A stretch of DNA of 63,975 bases, filler included, from Bigelowiella natans CCMP2755 (Eukaryota; Protista; Cercozoa), in NCBI GenBank assembly GCA_000320545.1. It is 6 parts of 6 records of this genome, joined end to end, with 100 filler letters (N's around TTAATTAATTAA, not from the genome) between each part and the next. Parts side by side here need not be neighbours in the genome. Positions count along the whole stretch, not along the records: positions 39,638 to 60,594 come from ADNK01001425.1; positions 60,695 to 62,521 come from ADNK01001450.1; positions 62,622 to 63,975 come from ADNK01002254.1; 3 more parts are not named here. One strand, 5' to 3'. Positions 52,548 through 63,975 of the stretch are shown one piece after another. Each line of letters opens with the position of its first letter. Positions within the stretch are counted from its first letter, which is position 1. The translations under genes and the position numbers were made by a program. Under the pieces are notes generated by a model, which ran no database searches, was not told the DNA's origin, and saw nothing but the letters and a program-made list of their open reading frames with translations.

Positions 52548-55500
52548 CTACAACCCAACTTTGATTTCGCGTAACTCTGCGGCAGATGACTTGCCAACCG
52601 GAGAATTTACAGAAAGCTGGTTAGTATTTACCAAAGGACGTTTTCCAAAGTCGAGAGCTCTGTATACTACCTTGGTCAGTTCGTCCACGGTAATAGGGAT
52701 GCAAGCAAGCCCAAGAACCAGACCCCATTCCCTACCATCTAAGTATCTCATGTTGAATACTTGCTGAACTCCGGGTGTGAGACCAATGAACAACGTAGCA
52801 GCGAGCGATGCACCCACAGAATATTGCATGTACTTGTTGGAGAAAGGGCCAATAGTAAAGATGCTTTCTCTCATTGAACGAGAACCATAGGCTCGGAACA
52901 ATTCGGCAAATACAATGTGAAAGATAGTCATGGTTTGAGCGACTTCAAAACCTCGTGAACGTTCATCCCCATCAACACCCAATCCATCCCAGCGGCCGTT
53001 ATTCCAGATCAAACCGACGATGTAAGTTATTAGACACGTAGCGGTGAGGAAAATCGTTTGAATCACAACACCTGTAAGCATCACCTTTTCGATTACAGGT
53101 TCCTGGCGGGTTCTCGGGCCTTCACGCATGATATTTGGTTCCCCAGCTTCTAACGCTAAAGCCACAGCTGGGAAACCGTCGGTTGTGAGGTTCAACCAAA
53201 GGATTTGAGTTGGAAGAAGTGGAGACGGCAAACCAATAATAGAAGCCATAAGGATGAGGAACACTTCGGCTACATTAGTAGAAAGTAAATAGTAGACAAA
53301 TTTGGTGATATTGCAATAGATGATCCTTCCTTCTTCAACAGCCTGTACGATATTGACGTAGTTGTTATCCGTAAGAACCATATCCGAAGCACCTTTGGCT
53401 ACCTCTGTACCATTTCCCATTGCAACCCCGATGTCAGCTCTTTGTAAAGCTGGTCCATCATTCACACCATCCCCAGTCATAGAACAAACATGGTTCTGCC
53501 GCTGGAATGACTTCACAATGATAAGTTTATCTTCGGGTTTTGCACGCGAAAAAACAAGCGCATTAGATGTGATGGAATCAATCTTCTCTTCGAGTTGCTT
53601 CAGCTCATCCTGCAGTGCATCGGTGCCTTGCTTGTTATCCACCAGATTTTCTATCTCCAAAATCCTTTTCGAGATTGGCCGAACTATGGAGTCGCACTCA
53701 ATGACTGTTTTTGACTCATTGTCACTAGCTTCGATGATGTCAATACTCAGAGCGATGGCTTTTGCGGTCTTTGCGTAGTCTCCAGTAATCATCACAGTCC
53801 TAATTCCAGCCCCTGCAGCGGTGGCAATGGCATCTTTCACCCCAGGACGAACAGGATCGATCAACCCAGCATATCCAACTAATGTCAAGTCACATTCAAT
53901 GGGTTCAGGCTTCATATCTGTGGGCTTTTCAGAGAAGGTCTTGTAGGCCACAGCGAGGACACGGAGCGATTTTCCAGCAAATCGATCGATGCCTGCCTGA
54001 AGCTTAGCCATACGATCTGCATTCATGTCTACCTTTTTGCCATTTTCATCAATGAGGGAGTTACACTTGCGAAGAACTTGCTCAGAAGCTCCTTTGACAA
54101 TTGCAACATAGGGCTGCCCTTCGTACCATTTTCTCTCAGTCTGCTCTCTCTTTACCACGACACTCATCATTTTACGATTAGAATTGAATGGATTCTCGTG
54201 AATTCTAGGGAATTCCGCCTTAAAATCGTCACGTGTAAATCCAAGCTTGTTAGCTGCGATGACTAGGGCCTGTTCGGTTGGATCTCCTTCAAACACTAAT
54301 TTTCTCTCTTTTGTCTCTTTACTTTCCTCATAGTAAAATTTTGCATTACAACACATTGCATATGAAGCCCAAAGATAATCTACTCTTCCAATTTTCTTCT
54401 CCTCTTCATGTGCCTTTTTGATATCCGCACCACTAGGATTACTATCGACTTCCATCTTTGCATCAACCATGTAGCCTTCAAGTTCATGACCAGATCCAGT
54501 TATTTTGTATGTATTCATCCCAGTAACAAAAGTAATGGCTGTCATAACGCCAGCAGTCAACGTACCAGTCTTGTCTGTACAGATAACATCAGCAGATCCT
54601 AAGGTTTCAACAGAGAGCAGTCGGCGCACAAGAGCCTTTCTGTCCGCCATTCGACTCATACCAAGTGCAAGAGTCAATGTAACACAAACAGGGAGAGACT
54701 CTGGAACAGCTGCCACAGTGAGTGAAACTGACACCAGAAGCATTTGCAGCCAAGCTGGTTGGTCTGAGTCTGGATCACATCCTCTACAAGGATCTGTTGA
54801 AACTCCGATCACAAACACGACGAGTGAAATTGCAAGGGATGCAAATCCAAGCTTCTGGCCGAGAACCTCGAGCTTCTCTTTCAAAGGCGATTTTTCTCCA
54901 CTCTCTTTATCATCACGTGCTTTCTTGATCAATTCAAAAATCTTTCCAACGTAAGTGTTGACTCCACTTTTGACCACCACGGCTTTGCACTTACCGGTGA
55001 GGACGTCGCAGGAGGAATATAAGAAATTAGATAAGACTAATGCTTTTTCCTTTTTCTTTTCCTTGTCATCAGTGCCGACATCATCATTTTTTTCAACCGT
55101 TTTGGCTATTGCAGCTTCACTCATAACTTTTGCATTTTTCTTCACAGGTCTGCTCTCTCCAGTGAGATTCATCTCTTTAACGGTGAAATCTTTTGCTTCA
55201 ATAATTCTCATATCAGCTGGTATTTTTTCACCCAGTTTCAGCAAAACGATATCTCCGGGGACGAGTAATTTGGTGTCAATATCTTGTTCCTTTGAATCTC
55301 GAATTACTTTGACAAAAGTACCCTCCCCAGCTGCCAATTCTTCCAAAGCAGAAGCTGCTGACATCTCTTGATGTACACCCAAAACTGCGTTGGCTGATAC
55401 AATCACAATGATTGCAACAGAAGCAGCTACTTGAGACAATGCTGCTGCGACAATCGCAGCAACTATCAACATAATGACAAGAAGGTCGTTCAATTGGTCA

Positions 55501-55935
55501 AGAAAAAGCATGAAGCACGATCTTGGAGGTTCCTTTGGCAATTCATTGTAGCCATACTGTTGCAGCCTCATATCTGCTTCCTCAGATGACAAACCCTGAA
55601 TTAATATTCATTAATTAGACGACTTTGTCGATAGCATACTCATCCCAACAAAATGAAATTTCAATAATTTCAATAAAAATAATACATCACACCTCTTCGG
55701 AATCTGTGCGAAGGCCGTTGCATACTTGCTTCCATTCCTTCTTCGAGAACTTCTCTTCATCAGCTTCAGCTAGCATCAAAGCCTGTTCTCGTAGATATGC
55801 GCTTTTCTCTTCATCTTTCATCTGTTCAAAGCCGCTGACCTTCGGAGTTTTTGCGAAGAGGTTGCCAACCGAGTTCATTTGGAACAGCTTTGCTTTGCGA
55901 GCTGCATGGAGACGTCCAAGCTCTGAAGGGTCCAT
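52548..55935 (-). CDS. P-type IIA Ca2+-transporting ATPase; exons 55935-55693 and 55595-52548
   Basis: Motifs LTGES, AVPESLP, CTDKTGTLT, KGASE, DPVR, MITGD, TGDGVND. SERCA-type ligands NVAE, NLTTD and FAEL present. A 97-bp GT-AG intron (55596-55692) joins RTDSEE|GLSSEEA; in-frame stop upstream of ATG 55935. Confidence 0.95.
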
Positions 55936-56103
55936 GGTGCTGCTGCCTTTTAACTTTGCTTCAGTATGTCCTTACTTTCGAAGCCTTAAAGTACTGTTTC
56001 CTTATGACCTCGCTCTTGAAATGTCAACAACCCTAGTCTGACGAATAAGTATATTCTCAGCCAGAAACTCAATATAACAACAACGACTCAACAAAATTGC
56101 GGC

Positions 56104-56148
<45 letters not shown>

Positions 56149-56286
56149 ATGTAATATATATGAAGAGGATGCGGGGGGAAGTAGTGTTTGTATTCATAGG
56201 TGCATGTTCAAATTTAAATGTGTCACTCGCTATTTGTCCGATCATGTAACGCACATTAGCAAATTCCTCGGGTGAGCATACACACA

Positions 56287-56343
<57 letters not shown>

Positions 56344-57416
56344 ATGCACATGCATGCACGCAGGGGACTTCCAATACCCCGAACACACTCGCACACACAT
56401 AAAACACGCCAATTCAAACCCGACAACCACATTTATCAAGGGTAAATCCAATCATAAAGCTCATGTGCTTGCAGGGAATCATACTTTAATTATTGGGACA
56501 AAGTAGTATGTGAACAACAGATGGGTGGGATGCAGCGATGGTGGTGAAGTGAAACCTCTGTGATGAGCGGATTTGCACCAGCACAGACTCTCAGACTAAT
56601 TCCAAACCAAATGACACTTTTCTCGAGCACAGAATCGATCATATTCAGTCGTAGGACAATAGTTTCACCAAATACTCATTGTCGCAATACTAAATTCACA
56701 ATTGATATGCCAACCGAATCGGTTGGGATAACACAAAAAGATCATAGACAGTGGTCTCAGCCGTTTGAAACCCGCCTGCAAGAGCTATCAGCTCACAATA
56801 AAAGCATCCAATTTCATTGGACAACAATTTTGACTAAATTTTTGCTATGAGACATGAAATATGGGTGCCGTATGCATGATATCTCAACTATTTGAAAAGC
56901 TATAATTTTGATACGCATACGTCGCTTCTGAATTCACATCAGAAATCCTGAAAATAAGAATAAATACGAGTATAAGATCTCTCTGAAAATAAAAATCCGT
57001 TGATTCATGTCGTCAACTAGAAAGGAAATGAATTTTCTGTTAAAATATCTGTAATCTCAGAGTTCCTGATGGTTATCCCCTTGTTCTTTTTGCACTAAGA
57101 TTATTGTCGTACGAATACCCTTTTAGAAATATCTGGATTATCTTCTCAAAAATCCTGCCGCACACGAAATTCCGCTTACGTTTTGGTGCTGGTACGCAAA
57201 CAAACGATGCCGTAAGTTAGTGTTATTCCATGGGCATTCTGCCGAGTCGCCAAAATTGTTTATCCTGTATTTTTATGAACTTATTGCAATCTTCATAAAA
57301 TCTCCTTCATTTCTCCTAGAATGTCGATAATTACTCTGTCGTTCTTTATTAATATCATTTTCTGGTTGCGCTATCCACCCCCCTTCATCTGGCGGCCAAC
57401 CCCGTTCGTAGGAATC

Positions 57417-58053
57417 ATGTCCTTATCTCGTGTCTCACGCGGTAACATTATCTTTAATTAAGTATTTATGGTCTCCCTTCATCACACGATGATATAATTG
57501 TTGAGATTGCTTAATAATAATAATTCTTCTCACCTCATCACCCTTCAGTGAAACTTCTTTATCGAAATATTTGCAAGACTCTCTTTGACTACTCCTCAAG
57601 CCGGTAATAATAAGTGCACATTTTTCATTGTTTAATGACCGATCTGACATAACTGACATAATACGTACACTCTTTTCATTGTATAAGAACCTAACCCTAA
57701 CTGACGCCTTATATTTTGAAGAGCGGTCTGGGGCGAATTTATTAAGGAAGCTCGTGATTCCTTTGAAGCGAACAAAAATCTTACTGATGATGCCGAAATT
57801 GAGAAGAAAATCAAAGCTGCAGAGCAATGGCTCATTGATTACAAGCATCCTGATCCATACAGAGGTAATTTTTGTTGAATAATGTATATGCCTTTGCACT
57901 AACATGTGTCTTTATCCAGTTCCAACGAATCCTGGTGGCTCAAAATTCCAGCGAAATGTTCCTCCTGATCTTGAGGTTTACATACCCACTAAGATGCCTC
58001 ATTCAATTTTAAATTCGTTTTTCTGTTTTTAGGTCGTTGAAAAGCTTTCTTAG
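57417..58053 (+). CDS. NDUFB9: Mitochondrial complex I subunit B22 (LYR family), 5 exons
   Basis: MSLSRVSRVKLLYRNICK..ARDSFEANKNLTD..HPDPYRVPTNPGGSKFQRNVPP..VVEKLS*; LYR motif and HPDPY..PGGSKF signature. Confidence 0.92.
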
Positions 58054-58237
58054 GAAATCTCTTTTTATGAACAGAAACGCCACATTTAAGCCAAGATTTT
58101 GCGCAGCGCATTTCATTTGCATCGACGACACCCCACATTAGTTTTAAACACGATGCATTACTGAACTGATTGTGTTAAAATTTAACAATGGGGGTTCAAT
58201 AGATGAATGTGTTGCTTTACTATGTTTATGCCAATAG

Positions 58238-58273
<36 letters not shown>

Positions 58274-59052
58274 ATGTGCATGTAAAATTTGATGGATGTG
58301 CAATGCAACACACTTCACACATCCACATGCACTAATTCCTGTTGCATGTGCTATGGTTGCTGTCATTTTTCTTATTTACCTAGTAGTTCAACTAATTCAT
58401 ATGCTAGTATGGTTCATTTACATGCCTGCCTAGCTGCACGTGGTTGTGCATGATCGACGATGTTATGCAAAAAATTATCCTGCTGTCTAGGCGTGCACAC
58501 ACACAGCGCCTAGCGCGCTACGCTGTCCAAAATATGTGTTCATTGTAGATAAATAGGTTTCCCGCTGGCAATGTGACAGCTCACACGTGTCATGTGTACA
58601 TGTATACATGGCGCACACTCTCCTCCCTATATATATCTCTAGCTGTCCCCCATATTTTTTTTATAGGGACATATATGTCCATATACGTGTACGCTATGGG
58701 TACATGTGAAGTATGCGATGTACACATGTAGGGACACATATGTCCATATATTTTGCGAGTCGCATGGGATTCTTATTCTTGCGGCGTCTCGCACCTGCTA
58801 GCTAGCCTGCATGTTGACGATATGCGACACGTACGTAGCAATACACGTACGTTCTTGCGTAGCAGCAGCGTCGTTTTGCCACGTACGCACATCGCTGCCT
58901 CGATGTTCTAGTGTTCACTTATGTATGTAACTGCACACATCTAGACAAGCATGTTGCTATCGATCACTGTTGTACTACTTAAAGGATGAAAAACATACAG
59001 GCTTCGCTTCATAGAGCCTCAACGTAGATTAAGCAATCAAATCACTTTTGGC

Positions 59053-59791
59053 TTAGATTTCATTCACTAGTTTAAATATGAAAATATGTTCGCTATGATT
59101 TCGCTGGAAATCATGAACCCATCAGGGTCAACCAATCGTAGCCTGAAATTTATATACAATTTAATTTCCGAATAAATCTTTATAATTTTATGCATATCTA
59201 GATATTCCCTTCATAAAAACTCTTATTAAAGCTCGCCTTCCTAGTACAAAGCTTAGGATTCTTACCGCTGTATATTTCCAGAGTTGGGATCAATTTCAAC
59301 CTTCGCATGACCCATCGTAATTGCAGTCTGAGCACCTGTGTTATTATATGCAATGACTATGCAGATAAATACACAGCATTGCTGCTGCTGCTACTATAAC
59401 TACTACTGCTGCTACTACTCAATGGCATTGTTTGCTGAACGGAGAATTACCTTCGAGAATGCTATCTACAACGTTTGTTCCGTAATGGATGCCAATACTC
59501 TCTATATCCAAGCCCTTTGCATTTTAATGAATCAATCAAATCTATGCGACGACATAAAGATCACTTTCAATGAAAACAAACGCCACCCACCTCTCGGAGC
59601 CTTAATCCCAGCATTACTTTATCTGTCAATTCTTCCAAGTTTGGATGATGTAACTGAGAAGCATTTTCACGAACACGCTGCATGTAGTTTGTCCAATCTT
59701 GATGATTGTCATGTGAAGAAGAAGAAGAGAAAATAATATGATTAATCAAGGGTCCGACCCAAACATCTGAGAAAGAGAAAGCCATTGCTAC

Positions 59792-59830
<39 letters not shown>

Positions 59831-59842
59831 CTACCACTACCA

Positions 59843-59876
<34 letters not shown>

Positions 59877-59960
59877 CTTCGCATGAACGTAGTTCTTCGT
59901 TGACAAAAAGCAAATAATCGTCAAGTTTTCGTGGTCTCGAAAACCGGAAACCTTGTAAAT
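59053..59960 (-). CDS. 3' exons of an unidentified protein; 5' part probably lost in the gap
   Basis: Exon-like segments with splice sites: DWTNYMQRVRENASQLHHPNLEELTDK, SIGIHYGTNVVDSILE|GAQTAITMGHAKVEIDPNSGNIQR|LRLVDPDGF..NEI*. Family not recognised. Confidence 0.5.
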
Positions 59961-60267
59961 AGCTGGCTGCTCTGGTGGATGAGTAGTGGAAAAGATACTG
60001 ATATTATTACTCCTCCTACATATCATCTCTGCTACTAAAACCACTACTACAACCACCGTTACTACTATTACTACTACTACTACTACTACTAATACTACCA
60101 GATTTTTGGCTACCGACTCAATTTAAGTATTAAATATCAAAATCATTCTTTTTTAAGGGTAAGAGAGTATAACTATGAGCGAGAGCAGCTGGAAGTAGAG
60201 ATAGATGTAGTAGTAGTAGTAATTGTAAAACAGCTACTGCTGCTGCTGCTGCTGCTATGCGTATATT

Positions 60268-60325
<58 letters not shown>

Positions 60326-60594
60326 GGGGGGGGGGGGGGGGGGCAAAATTCCCCCTGCGAAAACCCCAGAACCGGTTATTTTTCCCAGAAAACCCATTGG
60401 GGTTACATTTAAAACCCCCCTTTGGGGTATTGGAGAAATCGGAAAGCATTATTGGGGATTGGGGTAAATATTTTTTTTATTTTTACCCACTCCTCATTTT
60501 CCCGGTTTACCTACCTTTTATTTCTTTTCAATCCCCCTTTTTCTTCTTATACCTCGAAAGAACAAGCTCTGTTTAAATAAATGGCGGGTGGGCA

Positions 60595-60694
60595 NNNNNN
60601 NNNNNNNNNNNNNNNNNNNNNNNNNNNNNNNNNNNNNNTTAATTAATTAANNNNNNNNNNNNNNNNNNNNNNNNNNNNNNNNNNNNNNNNNNNN
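60595..60694. other. Artificial gap/linker
   Basis: 44 N + TTAATTAATTAA + 44 N. Confidence 0.97.
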
Positions 60695-60748
60695 AGCGCT
60701 CAAGCAGCTGCAAGGTCCCTCTCCACGACCGACACCACCACCACAACA

Positions 60749-60789
<41 letters not shown>

Positions 60790-60831
60790 AATTCTATGTG
60801 TGTGTGTGTGTGTGTGTGTATTTTTATGCAG

Positions 60832-61047
60832 GAATGGAGCGTTCGGGTTCATCATGCCGCCGAGGCGCCGCTACTGGGATATAGTCTAGACAACGCACCA
60901 TCCGCCTCCTCCCCTTTCCCTTCACCGCCGTCATCATACGTCGGGCAGGGCGGCCTCGCCAAGCTGCTGAAACGTGCTAAGCGTCATCTCTCCGCCATGA
61001 GGAGCGAAGGAGTGGCGACGATCGCAACGTTAGAAAAGCTACAATGA
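60832..61047 (+). CDS. Probable terminal exon of an unidentified gene
   Basis: Acceptor atgcag|GAATGG after a (ct)n(tg)n intron-like tract; GC-richer open frame to TGA at 61045-61047. Confidence 0.4.
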   Translation, partial: EWSVRVHHAAEAPLLGYSLDNAPSASSPFPSPPSSYVGQGGLAKLLKRAKRHLSAMRSEGVATIATLEKLQ

Positions 61048-61359
61048 TAACTACACCTGCTGTATTTCTGCATACTCCGTGTACAGTTCGGCGTGTAACA
61101 ATGAAAATGAAGGGTGTGCATATTGATGTAGGGAGCGGATTACTGACGTGCATTCCTAGAGCAAAAGCACCTATTCAACAACCGTCTCTCTAGGCCCGCC
61201 ATACCCATTTGTCCTTCTTGATCGACAACATGATACGATGAAGCGCTTGTGTGCACATTTTCACCTATGCAACAATCCCTACTAACCAAGTACGTATCGC
61301 ACACGCTAGGACTATCGTATCTTTGCATTATTAGCTATAGCACGGTGGATAGACTGTGA

Positions 61360-61403
<44 letters not shown>

Positions 61404-62521
61404 TTGCCTCTCTTTGTCTTGTATAGTAGTTGTCTAGTAGGCTGTAGTCGTGTTGGTGGTGCTGCCACTAGAGATAGCAATGCGTGTCATGGATCTTTAA
61501 TGTGCTACAGGGTCTACGATGTGCAAGTCTATCATGCCCCCGCGTACCCCCTCATGCATGCAGATATGACTTTGCTACAATGGCTAGATGAAAATGCCGT
61601 ACATACACATGCCGACTCTGGCAACTCAAAAAAGGCTATGAATGCTACACGATTCCAAAGGCTCTGCGTATCATGCAACGTAAGCTGCGTGGCTTTGTGT
61701 ACGCACTTAGCTGCTACTGCATATGTACGCATCAGCAGCTCTCATTCGCAACATCACGCGATGAATACACACAACATAAAGCGATCAGATGTTAAAATTT
61801 CGCGCGCCAAGATATATACACAAACAACTCCAGCTTTTGATATGATTGTCTCCTCTCCCACTTTTAAGTCCACTCGCATTTAGTATACTACGTGATATGC
61901 TATACATGCTTGCGTTGCCAGCAATAGTAAAGTGAATTGTGACAAATATTTAACATATACAAACACGACGCAATATATGGCCTTTTATGGGCGGTTTCTA
62001 TCATAATGTGGCGGTCGTGCAAAGCCTCATGGAGGTCCTCCTTGGTATAGGCATTGCCACTTGCTGCTGCCACCGATAATAGCCATCGACAACAAACGCA
62101 CAACAACCAAAAGTTAGTATCAACACTATCAATAATGACAAATAGTAGAAGAGAAAAGAAATCATGAGAAAGCAATATACGAGGGAAGAAGAACAAATGA
62201 CGGGCAATCGTCAGGCCAGCATCTCTCCTAAATACTATCGCTACCACTAATACTACCTACACCCTACTTCTACGAATATACTGCGACAGCTACATGCATA
62301 CAGGCACGTTACCAGTTTGACGTCTTCATCACCACTGATGACGTCACTATATCATCATCATTGCTGTTGTTCTTCTTGTTGTTTCCTGGAGCCTTTAGCG
62401 ATGATTCACTGACCCAGCAAAAGAGGGAGGAGGAGGAGGAGGAAGGAAGAGGAGGATAGTGAGGTGGGTTAGTGGGCCCCGTCATTTATCCAGCAGCTGT
62501 CTCTCCCCCCCCCCTCAACGG

Positions 62522-62621
62522 NNNNNNNNNNNNNNNNNNNNNNNNNNNNNNNNNNNNNNNNNNNNTTAATTAATTAANNNNNNNNNNNNNNNNNNNNNNN
62601 NNNNNNNNNNNNNNNNNNNNN
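62522..62621. other. Artificial gap/linker
   Basis: 44 N + TTAATTAATTAA + 44 N. Confidence 0.97.
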
Positions 62622-62932
62622 TGTTAGAAACATGCTCCACGCAGATTTGGGCGATATGACAAGGGAGGAATGGCCGCACGGGCTGTAGAGCTTGTACAGC
62701 CGCGCCAAATCTTGTCTGAAGTAATGGTAATGCAACATACAGCAAAAGACGATGTAAAACACAACGCACACACCGCAACACACAGCAAAAAACGATGTAA
62801 AACACAACGCACACACCTCCCCCTTACCGCTACCTCCCCTTGCGATTCGAGGGCAGCAGCACGATACGGCGTATGTAAAGGCGAGCTCTCTCGCATCCTT
62901 CCAATGAGCGCTCACAGGAAGGAAAAAGACCG

Positions 62933-62974
<42 letters not shown>

Positions 62975-63447
62975 TCTTGTCTAGTTAGAACTGCTAGGAT
63001 TGTCCATCATAGCCCTGCATCTTTTTCACACACACACACGCACGCACGCACGCACGCACGCACGCATGCATGTATGCACAAACGCACATCTTCGAGTGAT
63101 TTAGAAGCGCGTGAAGGCCCATCTGGCCCTTGAGGATCTCCATCTGACGAGTTTTCAGCAGCTTTTCGCGAACCACAGCCCTGATCACCATTTGCAGCGT
63201 AAGTGGAGGAGGAAGAAGAAGATGAAGAAGAACTACGAGAAGAAGAGATGAAACAGCTTAAATCAAGCATGGGCGAGGCTGTGGTGGTAAGAAGGTGATG
63301 GGGAGGAGGGGTGGAAGAGGGAATGGGTTGGACGATTGATGTCTTTCTCACAGAATCTTGTTTCTCGATGTTGCGTGGAAAAGGTCGGTTATCCTTTGCT
63401 CTTCTGCGGCAACATCCGCCTATACACACACAGCGCACGAACATTAA

Positions 63448-63489
<42 letters not shown>

Positions 63490-63845
63490 GATAAAACTAC
63501 TACAATTTTATATTTGCTCCATGAATCTATCAAACACTATTCTTACACTTCTATTTGACTTTTTGTGAAAAACAGTTCAATCGACAGATGTACATCTAGA
63601 TATTTCCCTCCCCTCGCATGCCCTCCCCCAACCTCTTTCTCCCCGTCTCTCTCTCCCCTTCCCCCCTCTGCCTCTCTGGGCGCACCTCCGCTTCTTTGAG
63701 GAACTGGGGGCAATTCAGTCGTGACAGAAGGTAACTGCACCGCGACGTATACCTACATTTGTTTGACCCACAGATTCACCGCATGATGAAAAGAAGAAAA
63801 TCGCAGCACCACCTCAGCGTATTAGCTATGTCATTGATGAAAACG
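62622..63845 (-). CDS. Internal exons of a cullin-family protein (cullin repeat region)
   Basis: LSRLNCPQFLKEAE|ADVAAEEQRITDLFHATSRNKIL|AVVREKLL..GLHALLNHSKI|QDLARLYKLYS resembles cullin SCPEYLxKAE...EEER...DLxRMYxL. Confidence 0.8.
62739..62818. repeat. Two-copy ~43-bp tandem repeat in a cullin intron
   Basis: acagcaaaaRacgatgtaaaacacaacgcacacacc occurs twice. Confidence 0.8.
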
Positions 63846-63975
63846 GGGGGGGGGGGATAAGGGATCTAATCCGTTTTGATATTTCCACTACTACTATCTG
63901 CTATTAGCACTCAGCATACCACTCAGCTGTGTCCTTTATGATCGTGGTTTCTGTGTCCGGTTGTTATTGTAGCGA

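Noticed and set aside
60320-60594. Long G run and homopolymer-rich tail as a G-quadruplex element
   Set aside because: Follows a (ga)n tract at a contig end with inflated homopolymers; typical degraded sequence.
61900-62420. Possible minus-strand exons (GNAYTKEDLHEALHDRH...)
   Set aside because: Could not build a consistent spliced model or recognise a family.
1-63975. CRISPR arrays, rRNA, tRNA or an autonomous transposase/RT gene
   Set aside because: None seen by eye; repeats are SSRs or short non-coding elements. A covariance-model search was not possible.

Overview
Eukaryotic (protist-like) nuclear DNA with intron-rich genes, canonical GT-AG introns and many microsatellites. A chlorarachniophyte/rhizarian origin is only an inference. 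Five identical 100-bp artificial spacers (44 N + TTAATTAATTAA + 44 N) split the window into six pieces. Manual exon splicing recovers: a divergent N-myristoyltransferase, a membrane-anchored DH/RhoGEF (truncated), an insulysin-like M16A peptidase (truncated), a GT8 glycosyltransferase (truncated), a GCIP/CCNDBP1-like gene, a CAMK-group kinase with a KA1-like tail, a lipocalin, an ER FKBP with EF-hands and KDEL, a 3xCCCH zinc-finger protein with a signal-peptide-like leader, TRAPPC10, AIDA, a P2A Ca2+-ATPase, NDUFB9 and a cullin fragment. The strongest non-gene signal is three ~1-kb intergenic blocks (about 24.2-25.5, 32.2-33.6 and 50.7-52.2 kb) almost stripped of the TpA dinucleotide, with most survivors inside CTAG. 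Copies of a dispersed foldback/MITE family and several local direct repeats differ mainly by TA versus TG/CA. Together these suggest a targeted A:T-to-G:C hypermutation, opposite in direction to fungal RIP, acting on repeats and intergenic DNA. Exon boundaries and counts were done by eye and need computational confirmation.
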